Below, piece by piece: positions 1 through 8,772 of a stretch of DNA of 64,000 bases; position 1 is the first letter of the stretch; every line of letters begins with the position of its first letter. A program made the position numbers and the translations under genes. Source of the stretch: Candidatus Latescibacterota bacterium (GTDB lineage Bacteria; Latescibacterota; UBA2968); the NCBI GenBank assembly GCA_965208125.1, contig OZ242320.1:2619821-2683820 (forward strand). Reading direction: 5' to 3'. The notes beneath the pieces are model-generated. The model saw nothing but the letters and a program-made list of their open reading frames with translations, did not search any database and was not told the DNA's origin.

Positions 1-165
1 TCTTTGTGCTCATGATCTGTAATACAATATTGAGGTTCCAGGCAAGCTGTTTTTCTGGCCACTCACGGCGGTACGTTCCCTTTTTAGTTTTTGTCTTAAA
101 TTTATTACACGCTGTGTAATAAATCTGATCGGTCCCTGAGTAAGCGAGATAAACCTCATTTCCAC

Positions 166-408
166 TTACAAGGCAAATATCCTTTCCTTTATTTTCACCA
201 GCAAATCCGCAGGCTGTCTGATCTGGGCCAGGGCACGGGAAAGCCAATTGTTAGTAAAAGAAAAAAATGAGGCAGCGGGCGAGGCGATTCCCACAGTATC
301 ACCCGGTTTTAATCTCGGCGGTTTGATTGTGTTCTTCATATTCTTTTTTAAAATAAAATGTTGCGTATATATTTTACTGGGTGTGCGTAAATTAGAAACA
401 CGCAACAA
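166..408 (-). pseudogene. Possible N-terminal remnant of an LD-carboxypeptidase (peptidase S66, LdcA/MccF-like) gene
   Basis: 80-aa ORF. An internal Met gives MKNTIKPPRLKPGDTVGIASPA, which resembles the typical S66 N-terminus (LKxGDxIGIxAPS). The remaining ~55 residues do not continue the family and the ORF stops. The surrounding 1-745 is A/T-rich and has no convincing full-length ORF. Confidence 0.25.
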
Positions 409-573
409 GAGCTATGACAGAAAGCCATCAGCCAAAACCATCACGCACAGCGCGTGAGTCCGTTTCGCAGCGGACATCCGTTGTCCATCCAAACTCGAAA
501 GGCCACCTTCTTTTGTTTTTGCATACAAACGATTTGCGCTGTGCAAGCCCCCCGCAGGGGCGCCCTTTTTTTG

Positions 574-605
574 CTTCATTTTTTTGGGCGCGCAAAAAAA
601 TGAAG
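574..605. repeat. Perfect 13-bp inverted repeat (CTTCATTTTTTTG / CAAAAAAATGAAG) with a 6-nt loop
   Basis: Read directly from the sequence. It is preceded by a GC-rich stem GCCCC-N5-GGGGC (547-561) and a T7 run (566-572). It lies in non-coding, A/T-rich DNA upstream of udk. Confidence 0.6.
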
Positions 606-745
606 TCGCCGAAGGCAAAAAAGAAAAATATTAAAAAAACTCTATACGTCGTTATACCACAACAAATGAATTATCCACACCCTTCATATATTTAGCGCCT
701 GAAAATAATACGCTATGTATATGTTTTATGCAATAGGGCTATGGA

Positions 746-1399
746 ATGAATAAGAAAAATGGATTTAAGCCCATAGTGATCGGCATTTCGGGGGGATCCG
801 CCGCGGGCAAGACGACTTTTACGGATATACTATCTGATAGGCTCGCAGATTTTGGACCCGTCGTGCTCAATCAGGACAGCTATTTCCGCGATTGGTCAGC
901 GCTGCCAGAAGACGAGCGCGAGATCAAGCGGACGGCAAACCATCCGCGGGCTGTGCTGTGGGAGCATTTGATCGCACATGTGAAATGTTTGCGGGAAGGA
1001 CAGGCGATTGAAATGCCACCGCCCGGTACGCGGGCTTTTCGGCGAGGAGATGATCCCCAGGAGATTGCGCCTGAGAAGCTGGTTATTGTGGAAGGGCATT
1101 TGATTTTTTCGCAGGAGGCGCTGAGGGCTTTGCTGGATATTAAGCTGTTTTTGGATGTGGATACACACGAACGGGTGCTCAGGCGCATGTTGCGCAATAC
1201 GTCGAGTGGGATGTCGCTGGAAGATGCGGTGGCATGGTATCGCCGGGATGTCGTGCCCAATTATCGCGTCTATACGGAGCCGACGAGTGTGTACGCGGAT
1301 TTGATCGTGCCGTTTGAAGGGGATGTGCAAGTAGCCGTAGATGTTGTGGCAAATGGCATACGCAGGATGATTGTGGATGGGAAGGTTCACGATAGATAG
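746..1399 (+). CDS. udk: Uridine kinase / PRK-family nucleoside kinase
   Basis: 217 aa. It has the P-loop GISGGSAAGKTT, then NQDSYF, IVEGHL and LDVDTHERVLRR motifs in the order typical of uridine kinase. Confidence 0.8.
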   Translation: MNKKNGFKPIVIGISGGSAAGKTTFTDILSDRLADFGPVVLNQDSYFRDWSALPEDEREIKRTANHPRAVLWEHLIAHVKCLREGQAIEMPPPGTRAFRRGDDPQEIAPEKLVIVEGHLIFSQEALRALLDIKLFLDVDTHERVLRRMLRNTSSGMSLEDAVAWYRRDVVPNYRVYTEPTSVYADLIVPFEGDVQVAVDVVANGIRRMIVDGKVHDR

Positions 1400-1472
1400 C
1401 AAGTATGGCTTGCCTCGCGTGTTTTCTGGTCGTAAATTTGTTTGTGATATGTTTGCAAGTCCATGAAAGGAG

Positions 1473-2309
1473 ATGATTACTATGACTGTTCAATCCGATT
1501 GGGCTGTTCTCACAGATGAACAGCGGCAGTTTTTTGAGGACAATGGGTATCTCTTGATCGAAGACGCGCTGCCACCCGATGTTGTCGCCGAACTCAATGC
1601 GGCGGCTGATGAAATTTATGACAGGGAAAAGGCTGCTGGTGGCCTGGAGAAAACGGGCAAGCTCAACTTGAGGAACTGCATTGTGCATCACGATGCTTTT
1701 CTTCAGTTGCTCGACTGGCCGACCACGGCGCCTCTGGCGTGGCAGATCCTCAACTGGAATATCCAGATGATTACCTCGCATCTCATTGTTTTGCCCTCTG
1801 GTCCAGAGCCTCCGGAAGAGGTAAAGCGCAAGGGTGGGTATCACCGCGATGGCGGTTCGTCTTCCAGAGAGATGACCGAACCCCATCCGCGCATTCTGCT
1901 CAAAATTGCGTACGCCATCAGCGACCAGACAGATCCCGCATCGGGGGCGACACAACTCGTGCCCGGAAGCAATCGGCTATTTGGCAGGCCTGCGATTGAT
2001 CCGGCAACGGGGCATCCTCGGGGAGCGATCAATATGAATGTCAAGGCGGGTTCGGCATTTATTTTTGAACAGCGCACCTATCACGGTATTGGCAAAAACT
2101 GGTCGGGCTTTCCGCGCAAGACCATTTTTATGGGCTATGCGTATCGCTGGGTCAAGCCTATGGATTATATCGATATGCCCGATGAACTCGTTGCCCGCGC
2201 AAATCCCATTCAAAAACAACTCCTGGGTGTGGTCTCTGATCCGCTCAGTTTTTATATTCCGCAAGCGCAAGATGTGCCTCTCAAAGAGCTTGTGGAAGAA
2301 GGTGTGTAA
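1473..2309 (+). CDS. Phytanoyl-CoA dioxygenase (PhyH) family Fe(II)/2-oxoglutarate oxygenase
   Basis: 278 aa. The N-terminus FFEDNGYLLIEDALPPDVV and the HRDG (HxD) motif are typical of PhyH proteins. A second ATG at 1482 is better spaced from the AAAGGAG Shine-Dalgarno and may be the true start. Confidence 0.8.
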   Translation: MITMTVQSDWAVLTDEQRQFFEDNGYLLIEDALPPDVVAELNAAADEIYDREKAAGGLEKTGKLNLRNCIVHHDAFLQLLDWPTTAPLAWQILNWNIQMITSHLIVLPSGPEPPEEVKRKGGYHRDGGSSSREMTEPHPRILLKIAYAISDQTDPASGATQLVPGSNRLFGRPAIDPATGHPRGAINMNVKAGSAFIFEQRTYHGIGKNWSGFPRKTIFMGYAYRWVKPMDYIDMPDELVARANPIQKQLLGVVSDPLSFYIPQAQDVPLKELVEEGV

Positions 2310-4016
2310 TTACTCGTCTGTCACACACCCCTCAGAAGCCGTTTTTACGTTTTTGATGTATTTGTAGAGGGTGCCGCGGTTGGCTTTGTACGGCGGTTGG
2401 GTCCAGGCTGAGCGGCGTTTTTCGAGTTCTTCGGCAGAGACGTCCATGTTGATCTCGCCTTTTTGGCTGTCGATGATGATCTGATCGCCGGTTTGGACGA
2501 GGGCGATGGGGCCGCCTTCGATGGCTTCGGGAACGACGTGGCCGATGAGAAAGCCGTGCGATCCGCCCGAAAAACGCCCATCGGTAATTAGCGCGACATC
2601 CTGTACCAGCCCCGCGCCGGCCAGTGCGGATGTAGGGGTGAGCATTTCCGGCATGCCGGGTCCGCCTTTGGGGCCTTCGTAGCGGATGATGATGACATTG
2701 CCTTTTTCGATTTTGCCTTGTTCGAGGGCGGCGAGCATGTCTTCCTCGCAGTCGAATACATTGGCCGCGCCTTTGAATACCTCGCCTTCTTTGCCCGTGA
2801 TTTTTCCGACCGAACCTTCCGGTGCCAAATTCCCACGCAAAATTTGCAGATGCCCCGTTGGCTTGATGGGGTCATTAAAGGGGCTTACGATATCTTGCTG
2901 TCCTTCACCCGTGCCATAAGGGGGAAGGCCTTTTATATCGGCGAGATTTTCGGCAATTGTTTTGCCCGTTACTGTCATCTGGTCGCCGTCGATGAGATTG
3001 GCGTCGAGGAGGAGTTTCATCATTGCGGGTGTTCCGCCGATGTCGTGAAGCTCTTCCATGACGTAACGCCCAGAGGGTTTGAGGTCACACAGGAGGGGTG
3101 TTTCGTTGGATATGTGTTGAAATTCGTCGATGTCGAGGTCTATGTCATAAGCCCGGGCAATGGCGAGCAGGTGGAGCACGATATTGGTGGAGCCGCCCGT
3201 GACAACGGCGAGGCGAATGGCGTTGAGAAAGGATTGCTTGGTGACGATGTCGCGCGGTTTGAGGTCGGCTTCGAGCAGGGCGCGAACAGCGTGACCGGCG
3301 TGGATACATTCGGTGTGTTTGTCGGGGTCTTCGGCGGGTGTGCAGGAGGAATAGGGCAAGGAGAGGCCCATGCATTCGATGGCGCTGGCCATGGTATTGG
3401 CGGTGTACATGCCGCCGCAGGCACCGGCACCGGGGCAGGCGTGTTCGACGATTTCCTGGCGTTCGGCATCGCTGAGCGAGTCTGTGAGAAATTCGCCGTA
3501 GCTTTGAAAGGCAGAGACGATGTCGAGTTTGCGTTCTTCGCCTTGAATGGTGGCGCAACCTGGTTTTATTGTGCCGCCGTAGATCATCAGGGCAGGGCGG
3601 TTGAGGCGGCCCATTGCCATGACCACGCCGGGCATGTTTTTGTCGCAGCCGGGCAGTGCGATCAGGCCATCGTACCATTGCGCGCCCATGAGGGTTTCGA
3701 TGGAGTCGGCTATGAGGTCGCGGGATTGAAGGGAGAAGGACATGCCGTCTGTGCCCATGGATATGCCGTCGGATACGCCGATGGTGTTGAAGCGCAGGCC
3801 AACGCATCCGGCTTCGGTGACGCCTTTTTTTGTTTCGGCGGCGAGGTCGTTGAGGTGCATGTTGCACGGGTTGCCTTCATACCAGACCGAGGCGATGCCG
3901 ACCTGCGCTTTGTCCATGTCGGCGCGCGTCAGTCCGGTGGCATAGAGCATGGCCTGAGATCCGCCCTGGGATTTTCTCTGGGTGATTTGTGAGCTGTACT
4001 TATTCAGTTTTGCCAT
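2310..4016 (-). CDS. ilvD: Dihydroxy-acid dehydratase
   Basis: 568 aa. It is full-length IlvD/Edd family, with [37 protein letters not shown] and CDKNMPG motifs. Confidence 0.95.
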   Translation of the reverse strand: MAKLNKYSSQITQRKSQGGSQAMLYATGLTRADMDKAQVGIASVWYEGNPCNMHLNDLAAETKKGVTEAGCVGLRFNTIGVSDGISMGTDGMSFSLQSRDLIADSIETLMGAQWYDGLIALPGCDKNMPGVVMAMGRLNRPALMIYGGTIKPGCATIQGEERKLDIVSAFQSYGEFLTDSLSDAERQEIVEHACPGAGACGGMYTANTMASAIECMGLSLPYSSCTPAEDPDKHTECIHAGHAVRALLEADLKPRDIVTKQSFLNAIRLAVVTGGSTNIVLHLLAIARAYDIDLDIDEFQHISNETPLLCDLKPSGRYVMEELHDIGGTPAMMKLLLDANLIDGDQMTVTGKTIAENLADIKGLPPYGTGEGQQDIVSPFNDPIKPTGHLQILRGNLAPEGSVGKITGKEGEVFKGAANVFDCEEDMLAALEQGKIEKGNVIIIRYEGPKGGPGMPEMLTPTSALAGAGLVQDVALITDGRFSGGSHGFLIGHVVPEAIEGGPIALVQTGDQIIIDSQKGEINMDVSAEELEKRRSAWTQPPYKANRGTLYKYIKNVKTASEGCVTDE

Positions 4017-4109
4017 TGAAGATTTCCTTTCGTAGATGAACTTTGTCTTATTTTTTCGAGGTTGTAATTTAACCGAATTGTGGGAGACGTGTCAACAAGG
4101 GTGTGGAAT

Positions 4110-4646
4110 ATGGCTGACTATGTGTTGCAGGATTATTTGCGCGTGGGACTGAATTTGGTGTTTGTGGGGTTTAATCCGAGCTTAAAGTCCGCGGAAATTG
4201 GGCATTATTACGCGGGGCGGGGCAATCAGTTTTGGCCGTTTTTGTACGAGGCTGGGCTGACAGATCGATTGTTGGAGCCACGGGAAGATGCGACTATTTT
4301 GGATTATAATATCGGGTTGACCGATATTGTGAAGGGGCGAGCGACGCGGGGGATTGGAGATCTGACGGATGGCGATTATGTGTCGGGTTTTGAATTGTTG
4401 CGCGAAAAGATGCAGATGTATCGACCGCGGGTGATTTGTTTTAATGGGAAGAGCGGATACGCCAAGGTGATGGGCGGGAAGCGAGATTACGGTTTGCAAG
4501 ATGAGATGCTGGAAGGCGCAAAGCTGTTTCTCGCCCCGTCAACGAGCGGTGCGCTGCCTATGCCGAGGGTTGAGAAATTGCGGTATTATCGAGAGTTGAA
4601 GTCTTTTGTTGATATTTGTGTCCAACCTGTGAAGGAGCGAAGATGA
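4110..4646 (+). CDS. mug: G/U mismatch-specific uracil-DNA glycosylase (UDG family 2, Mug)
   Basis: VFVGFNPSLKSAEIGHYYAGRGNQFWPFLYEAGLT matches the Mug active-site region (GINPG...NRFW). ATG 4110 gives an N-terminus of E. coli Mug-like length. The ORF track's GTG 4080 is an alternative start. Confidence 0.85.
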   Translation: MADYVLQDYLRVGLNLVFVGFNPSLKSAEIGHYYAGRGNQFWPFLYEAGLTDRLLEPREDATILDYNIGLTDIVKGRATRGIGDLTDGDYVSGFELLREKMQMYRPRVICFNGKSGYAKVMGGKRDYGLQDEMLEGAKLFLAPSTSGALPMPRVEKLRYYRELKSFVDICVQPVKERR

Positions 4647-6052
4647 AGCGACCGAATATTTTGTTTGTCATGACCGATGACCACACGCCGCGCGAGATGA
4701 GCAGTTATGGGAATCCGATTTTGCATACGCCCAATCTGGATCGCATTGGGAATGAGGGTACGCGGTTTAACAATTGTTTTTCGACTAATGCACTGTGCGC
4801 GCCTGCGCGGGGCACGGTGCTGACGGGATGTTTTTCACATGTCCACGGTATTCGGGGAAATTCCGAGAGGGCCGATGCGATTGAGTTTCTGGATCCGAAT
4901 GTGCCGACGTTTCCCGAGTTGCTTCGCGATGCGGGATACAAGACCGCGTTGTTTGGCAAGTATCATATCCGGCAGGATCCGCGCGGTTTTGATACGTGGT
5001 GTATTCATCCCGGGCAGGGCGTGTATTTTGATCCGACGTATATCGATAATGGGAAGGAAGTGCAAAAGGAGGGGTATGCCACGGATATAACGACGGATAT
5101 GGCACTTGAATTTTTGAAGGGGTTGAATGGCGAACAGCCCTTCTGCCTGGTGTATCAGTTTAAGGCGCCGCATCGTCCGTTTACGCCTGCACCCCGGCAC
5201 GCGCATCTTTTTGATGATGTTGAGATTCCCCAGCCGGAGACGTATGGAGATGATTTTGCGACGCGGAAGATTGCGGCTCTGGCAGAAGATATGAAGTTTG
5301 ATATTAGTCTGGCGCCCGATTACGACGATATACCCGAGGGCTTGAGTGAAGGGGAAAAGAAGGACTGGATTTATCAGCGTTTTATGAAGGATCGGTATCG
5401 CACGATTTACGGTGTGGATGAAAATCTGGGGCGGGTGCTGGATTATCTGGATGAGACAGGTTGGGCTGACGATACGCTGGTGATTTACACGTCGGATCAC
5501 GGGTATTTTTTGGGCGATTACGGGTGGTATGACAAGCGGTTTATGTACGAGCCGTCGATTCGCATTCCGCTGGTGGTGCGTTATCCAAATGGGGGTATTA
5601 GCGGGAATGTGACCGACGCGCTGGTGATGAATGTGGACTTTGCGCCGACGATTCTGGATTTTGCGGGTGTGGAAATTCCCGAAGGTGTGCAGGGAGAGAG
5701 TTTGCGTCCGTTGCTCCAGGGGACAGAGCCAGATGATTGGCGTACGTCTGTTTATTACGCCTATTTTGAGGATTCGTGGGTGTTGCACGGCAAGGGGGCA
5801 GAGGCGATGTCAGAGCCGTCATTCCAGTATTTTACGCCGCACCGCATTGGCCCGCACCGCGGCGTGCGTACAGACCGCTACAAGTTGATTGAATATTATG
5901 CCGAGGGCGATTATTGGGAGTTGTTCGATTTGCAAGAGGATCCCAATGAATTGCGGAATGTGTACGATGACGCCGCGTATGCAGATCTGGTGGTGGAATT
6001 AAAGGCTGAGTTGAGAAGGTTGCAGGCGCAGTATGGGGATTTGAGTGTGTGA
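4643..6052 (+). CDS. Cys-type sulfatase (arylsulfatase / N-sulfoglucosamine-type family S1)
   Basis: The N-terminus is KRPNILFVMTDDH and the formylglycine motif is CAPARGTVLTG (CxPxR). ATG 4643 follows the GAAGGAG Shine-Dalgarno and overlaps the mug stop (ATGA). Confidence 0.9.
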   Translation: MKRPNILFVMTDDHTPREMSSYGNPILHTPNLDRIGNEGTRFNNCFSTNALCAPARGTVLTGCFSHVHGIRGNSERADAIEFLDPNVPTFPELLRDAGYKTALFGKYHIRQDPRGFDTWCIHPGQGVYFDPTYIDNGKEVQKEGYATDITTDMALEFLKGLNGEQPFCLVYQFKAPHRPFTPAPRHAHLFDDVEIPQPETYGDDFATRKIAALAEDMKFDISLAPDYDDIPEGLSEGEKKDWIYQRFMKDRYRTIYGVDENLGRVLDYLDETGWADDTLVIYTSDHGYFLGDYGWYDKRFMYEPSIRIPLVVRYPNGGISGNVTDALVMNVDFAPTILDFAGVEIPEGVQGESLRPLLQGTEPDDWRTSVYYAYFEDSWVLHGKGAEAMSEPSFQYFTPHRIGPHRGVRTDRYKLIEYYAEGDYWELFDLQEDPNELRNVYDDAAYADLVVELKAELRRLQAQYGDLSV

Positions 6053-6054
6053 AG

Positions 6055-7467
6055 CTATTTTTTGGGCATGTACACGTCGGTCGCAGAGCCGAGGTGGATT
6101 TCTGAGGCTATGCCGATGGATTCGGCAAGCGAGGGATGGGGGTGAATGGTGTGGGCAATGTCTTCGGCGACGGCAGCCATTTCAATGGCGAGCACGCCTT
6201 CGGCGATGAGGTCGCCCGCATGGGGTCCTACAATGCCCATGCCGAGTACGCGTTGGGTATAGGGATCGACAATGAGCTTGGTCTGGCCTTCGAGGCGTCC
6301 AATGGCATGCGCTTTGCCCAGGGCAGCCCAGGGGAAGCGCACGATATCGACTTTTCGGTCTTGTTTGAGAGCGTCGGTTTCGGTCAGGCCCACCCATGCA
6401 ATTTCGGGGTCGGTGTACACGACGGAGGGGATGAGTGCGTCAAAAGACGCGGGTTCACCGGCGAGAACTTCGGCGGCGATTTTGCCTTCGTGCGCGGCTT
6501 TGTGGGCAAGGCCGGGGCCTGGGACGGCGTCGCCGATTGCAAAGAGGCGGGGGTCGTTTGTACGCATTTGTGAATCGACTTCGATGAATCCCTGATCATT
6601 GGGTTCAATGTCTGTGTTTTCAAGGCCGATATTGTCTGTATTTGGGCGTCGGCCAATGCAGAGGAGGACGCGGTCGAATATTTCAGATGTTTTCGATTCT
6701 TCGCCTTCCCAGTGTACTTCAATACCGGTGTTGACTTCTTCGATATGCGTGACGCGCGTGCTGGTGTGTATGGCGCTGAATGCCTGACGCAATCGTGTTT
6801 CGAGTGGTTTGACCAGGTCGGGGTCGGTGCCGGGCAAGAGGGTGTCGGTCATTTCGACGACTGTGACGGCACTTCCCAATGCGGCGTAAACACTGCCGAG
6901 TTCGAGGCCGATGATGCCTCCGCCAACGACGAGAAGGCTTTTGGGTATTTCGTCGAGATCGAGTGCTGTTGTCGAGTCCAGAATGCGCGGTGTGTCGAGC
7001 GCGAAAATTGGGAGGACAACAGGGCGTGAGCCTGTGGCGATGATGGCGTGCTCAAATTCGACGCGGTCGATATCCCCATCACCTGTGATGGACGCACTTT
7101 GCGAATTCTCGAATTGCGCGTAGCCCGTCAGGTGGGTAACCTTGCGCTGGCGCACCAGGCCAGACAGACCGGTCGAGAGGCGGGTGATGATGTTGTCTTT
7201 CCAGCCGCGCAGGGCGTCCAGATCGATTTTGGGATCGCCAAAGGTGAGGCCATAAGTTCTGGCTTCGCTGGCTTCGGTGATGAGTTCTGCAACGTGGAGC
7301 AGGGCTTTGGATGGGATGCATCCGCGCAATAAACAGGTGCCACCGAGGTTGTCGTCGGCATTGACCAGGGTGACTTGCAGACCCAAGTCAGCAGCGCGAA
7401 AAGCCGCTGTATATCCGCCGGGACCGCCGCCGATTACGAGGAGATCGGTTTTGTGCGTTTCGGCCAT
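6055..7467 (-). CDS. lpdA: Dihydrolipoyl dehydrogenase (E3)
   Basis: 470 aa. It has the FAD motif DLLVIGGGPGGY and the redox-active disulfide GGTCLLRGCIPSK. It is the last gene of the PDH operon. Confidence 0.93.
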   Translation of the reverse strand: MAETHKTDLLVIGGGPGGYTAAFRAADLGLQVTLVNADDNLGGTCLLRGCIPSKALLHVAELITEASEARTYGLTFGDPKIDLDALRGWKDNIITRLSTGLSGLVRQRKVTHLTGYAQFENSQSASITGDGDIDRVEFEHAIIATGSRPVVLPIFALDTPRILDSTTALDLDEIPKSLLVVGGGIIGLELGSVYAALGSAVTVVEMTDTLLPGTDPDLVKPLETRLRQAFSAIHTSTRVTHIEEVNTGIEVHWEGEESKTSEIFDRVLLCIGRRPNTDNIGLENTDIEPNDQGFIEVDSQMRTNDPRLFAIGDAVPGPGLAHKAAHEGKIAAEVLAGEPASFDALIPSVVYTDPEIAWVGLTETDALKQDRKVDIVRFPWAALGKAHAIGRLEGQTKLIVDPYTQRVLGMGIVGPHAGDLIAEGVLAIEMAAVAEDIAHTIHPHPSLAESIGIASEIHLGSATDVYMPKK

Positions 7468-7481
7468 GTGATTTCTCCAGT

Positions 7482-8747
7482 TTATCCGCCCATGAGCATG
7501 AGTTCCGGGTTTTCGAGTGCATCGACGATTTTTCGCATAAATCGCGCGCCGTCGGCGCCGTCAATAACGCGGTGATCATAAGATAGTGCCAGAGGCATGA
7601 TGAGGCGAGGTTCGATGCGGCCCTCGCGCACGGTGGCTTCTTCTCTTGCGCGTCCAAATCCCAATATTGCAACTTCGGGGTGATTGACGATGGGGGTAAA
7701 TTCGCCCACGCCCAGGCTGCCGAGGTTGGTGACGGTGAATGTGCCGCCTTGTAGTTCGTCGAGGCCAATTTTGCCGGTGCGCGCGCGCTGGCTGATGTCG
7801 CCGAGTTCGAGAGCCAATTCCAGGATGTCTTTGCGATCGACGTCTTTGATGACGGGAACGAGTAAGCCGCGCTCGGTGTCAACGGCGATGCCGAGGTTGT
7901 AGTAGTGTTTGAGAATAATTTCATTGGCACCTGCATCGAGGCTGGCGTTGAATTGCGGAAAGGTCTTAAGCGCGGTGATGATTGCTTTTAGCGCGAGGAC
8001 CGTTGGCGTCAGTTTGGCTCCCAGTGCTTCGGTTTTTTCTTTATTGCGCTGCCGAAATGCCTCGAGGTCTGTGACGTCTGCGCGATCAAATTGCGTGACA
8101 TGAGCCACCTGTTGCCAGGCCTGGCTCATATTTTTTGCTATAATTTGCCGGACTTTGCTGAGGGGGTGGCGCTCGATGTTGCCCCATCTCGAGAAGTCGG
8201 GCAATTCGACGGGTGCGGTTGGTGCGATACCACCTGTTTGCCGGTCGCGCACAGCGGCTTTGACATCGTCTTGTGAGATGCGTCCACCGGGACCTGAGCC
8301 AGCGACCTGTGTGAGATCTACGCCGAGTTCTCGCGCGAGTCGCCGCGTGGATGGGGCTGCGGGAATGGGATCGCCGTTGGACGCGGGTGCAGGTGGTCTG
8401 GCTACAGGAGGTGTTGGTTCGGGTGCTCTGGTGGTGGGTTCGGGTTTTTCTTCTGGTGCAGGAGCTGGTGCTTCGGCTTCCGGCTCAGGGTCTGCTGTGA
8501 CTTGTTGTTCGCCTTCTTCAACGGAGATCAATAAGCTGCCTACGGGCACGCGGTCTCCGGCATTAATGTGTATTTTTGTGATGGTGCCAGCAACACTGCT
8601 GGGTACTTCAACGAGGGCTTTGTCGGTTTCGAGTTCGACCACGCTCTGATCGATTTCAATCGTATCGCCTTCGGCAACGAGTACGCTGACAACATCGCCG
8701 GCTTCTACACCTTCGCCGAGATCGGGAAGTTTAAATTCGGTTGCCAC
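7482..8747 (-). CDS. aceF: Dihydrolipoamide acetyltransferase (E2) with a single lipoyl domain
   Basis: 421 aa. It has a lipoyl domain (VELETDKALVEVPS), a Pro/Ala/Glu-rich linker, a subunit-binding domain (PSTRRLARELGVDL) and a catalytic domain with DHRVIDGA. Confidence 0.9.
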   Translation of the reverse strand: MATEFKLPDLGEGVEAGDVVSVLVAEGDTIEIDQSVVELETDKALVEVPSSVAGTITKIHINAGDRVPVGSLLISVEEGEQQVTADPEPEAEAPAPAPEEKPEPTTRAPEPTPPVARPPAPASNGDPIPAAPSTRRLARELGVDLTQVAGSGPGGRISQDDVKAAVRDRQTGGIAPTAPVELPDFSRWGNIERHPLSKVRQIIAKNMSQAWQQVAHVTQFDRADVTDLEAFRQRNKEKTEALGAKLTPTVLALKAIITALKTFPQFNASLDAGANEIILKHYYNLGIAVDTERGLLVPVIKDVDRKDILELALELGDISQRARTGKIGLDELQGGTFTVTNLGSLGVGEFTPIVNHPEVAILGFGRAREEATVREGRIEPRLIMPLALSYDHRVIDGADGARFMRKIVDALENPELMLMGG

Positions 8748-8772
8748 GAGACCTCCTTAATCGCGGATTGAG

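Noticed and set aside
414-695. A 93-aa plus-strand ORF in the left A/T-rich region.
   Set aside because: It is read through the stem-loop and palindrome sequences (…PPQGRPFFASFFWARKKMKSPKAKKK…). It is Lys-rich low complexity with no Shine-Dalgarno.
2307-2312. Convergent genes abutting with 0-4 nt between stops, or overlapping stops (PhyH/ilvD here, sulfatase/lpdA at 6050-6057, SDR/hflX at 14175-14178), as a special regulatory feature.
   Set aside because: This is consistent with general genome compaction seen all along the window. No additional structure was detected at these junctions.
2718-3992. A 424-aa ORF on the plus strand, opposite ilvD.
   Set aside because: It lies entirely antisense to a full-length, clearly recognisable ilvD. 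The product is Gly/Ala/Val-rich low complexity with no family signature. This is a typical shadow ORF in GC-rich coding DNA.
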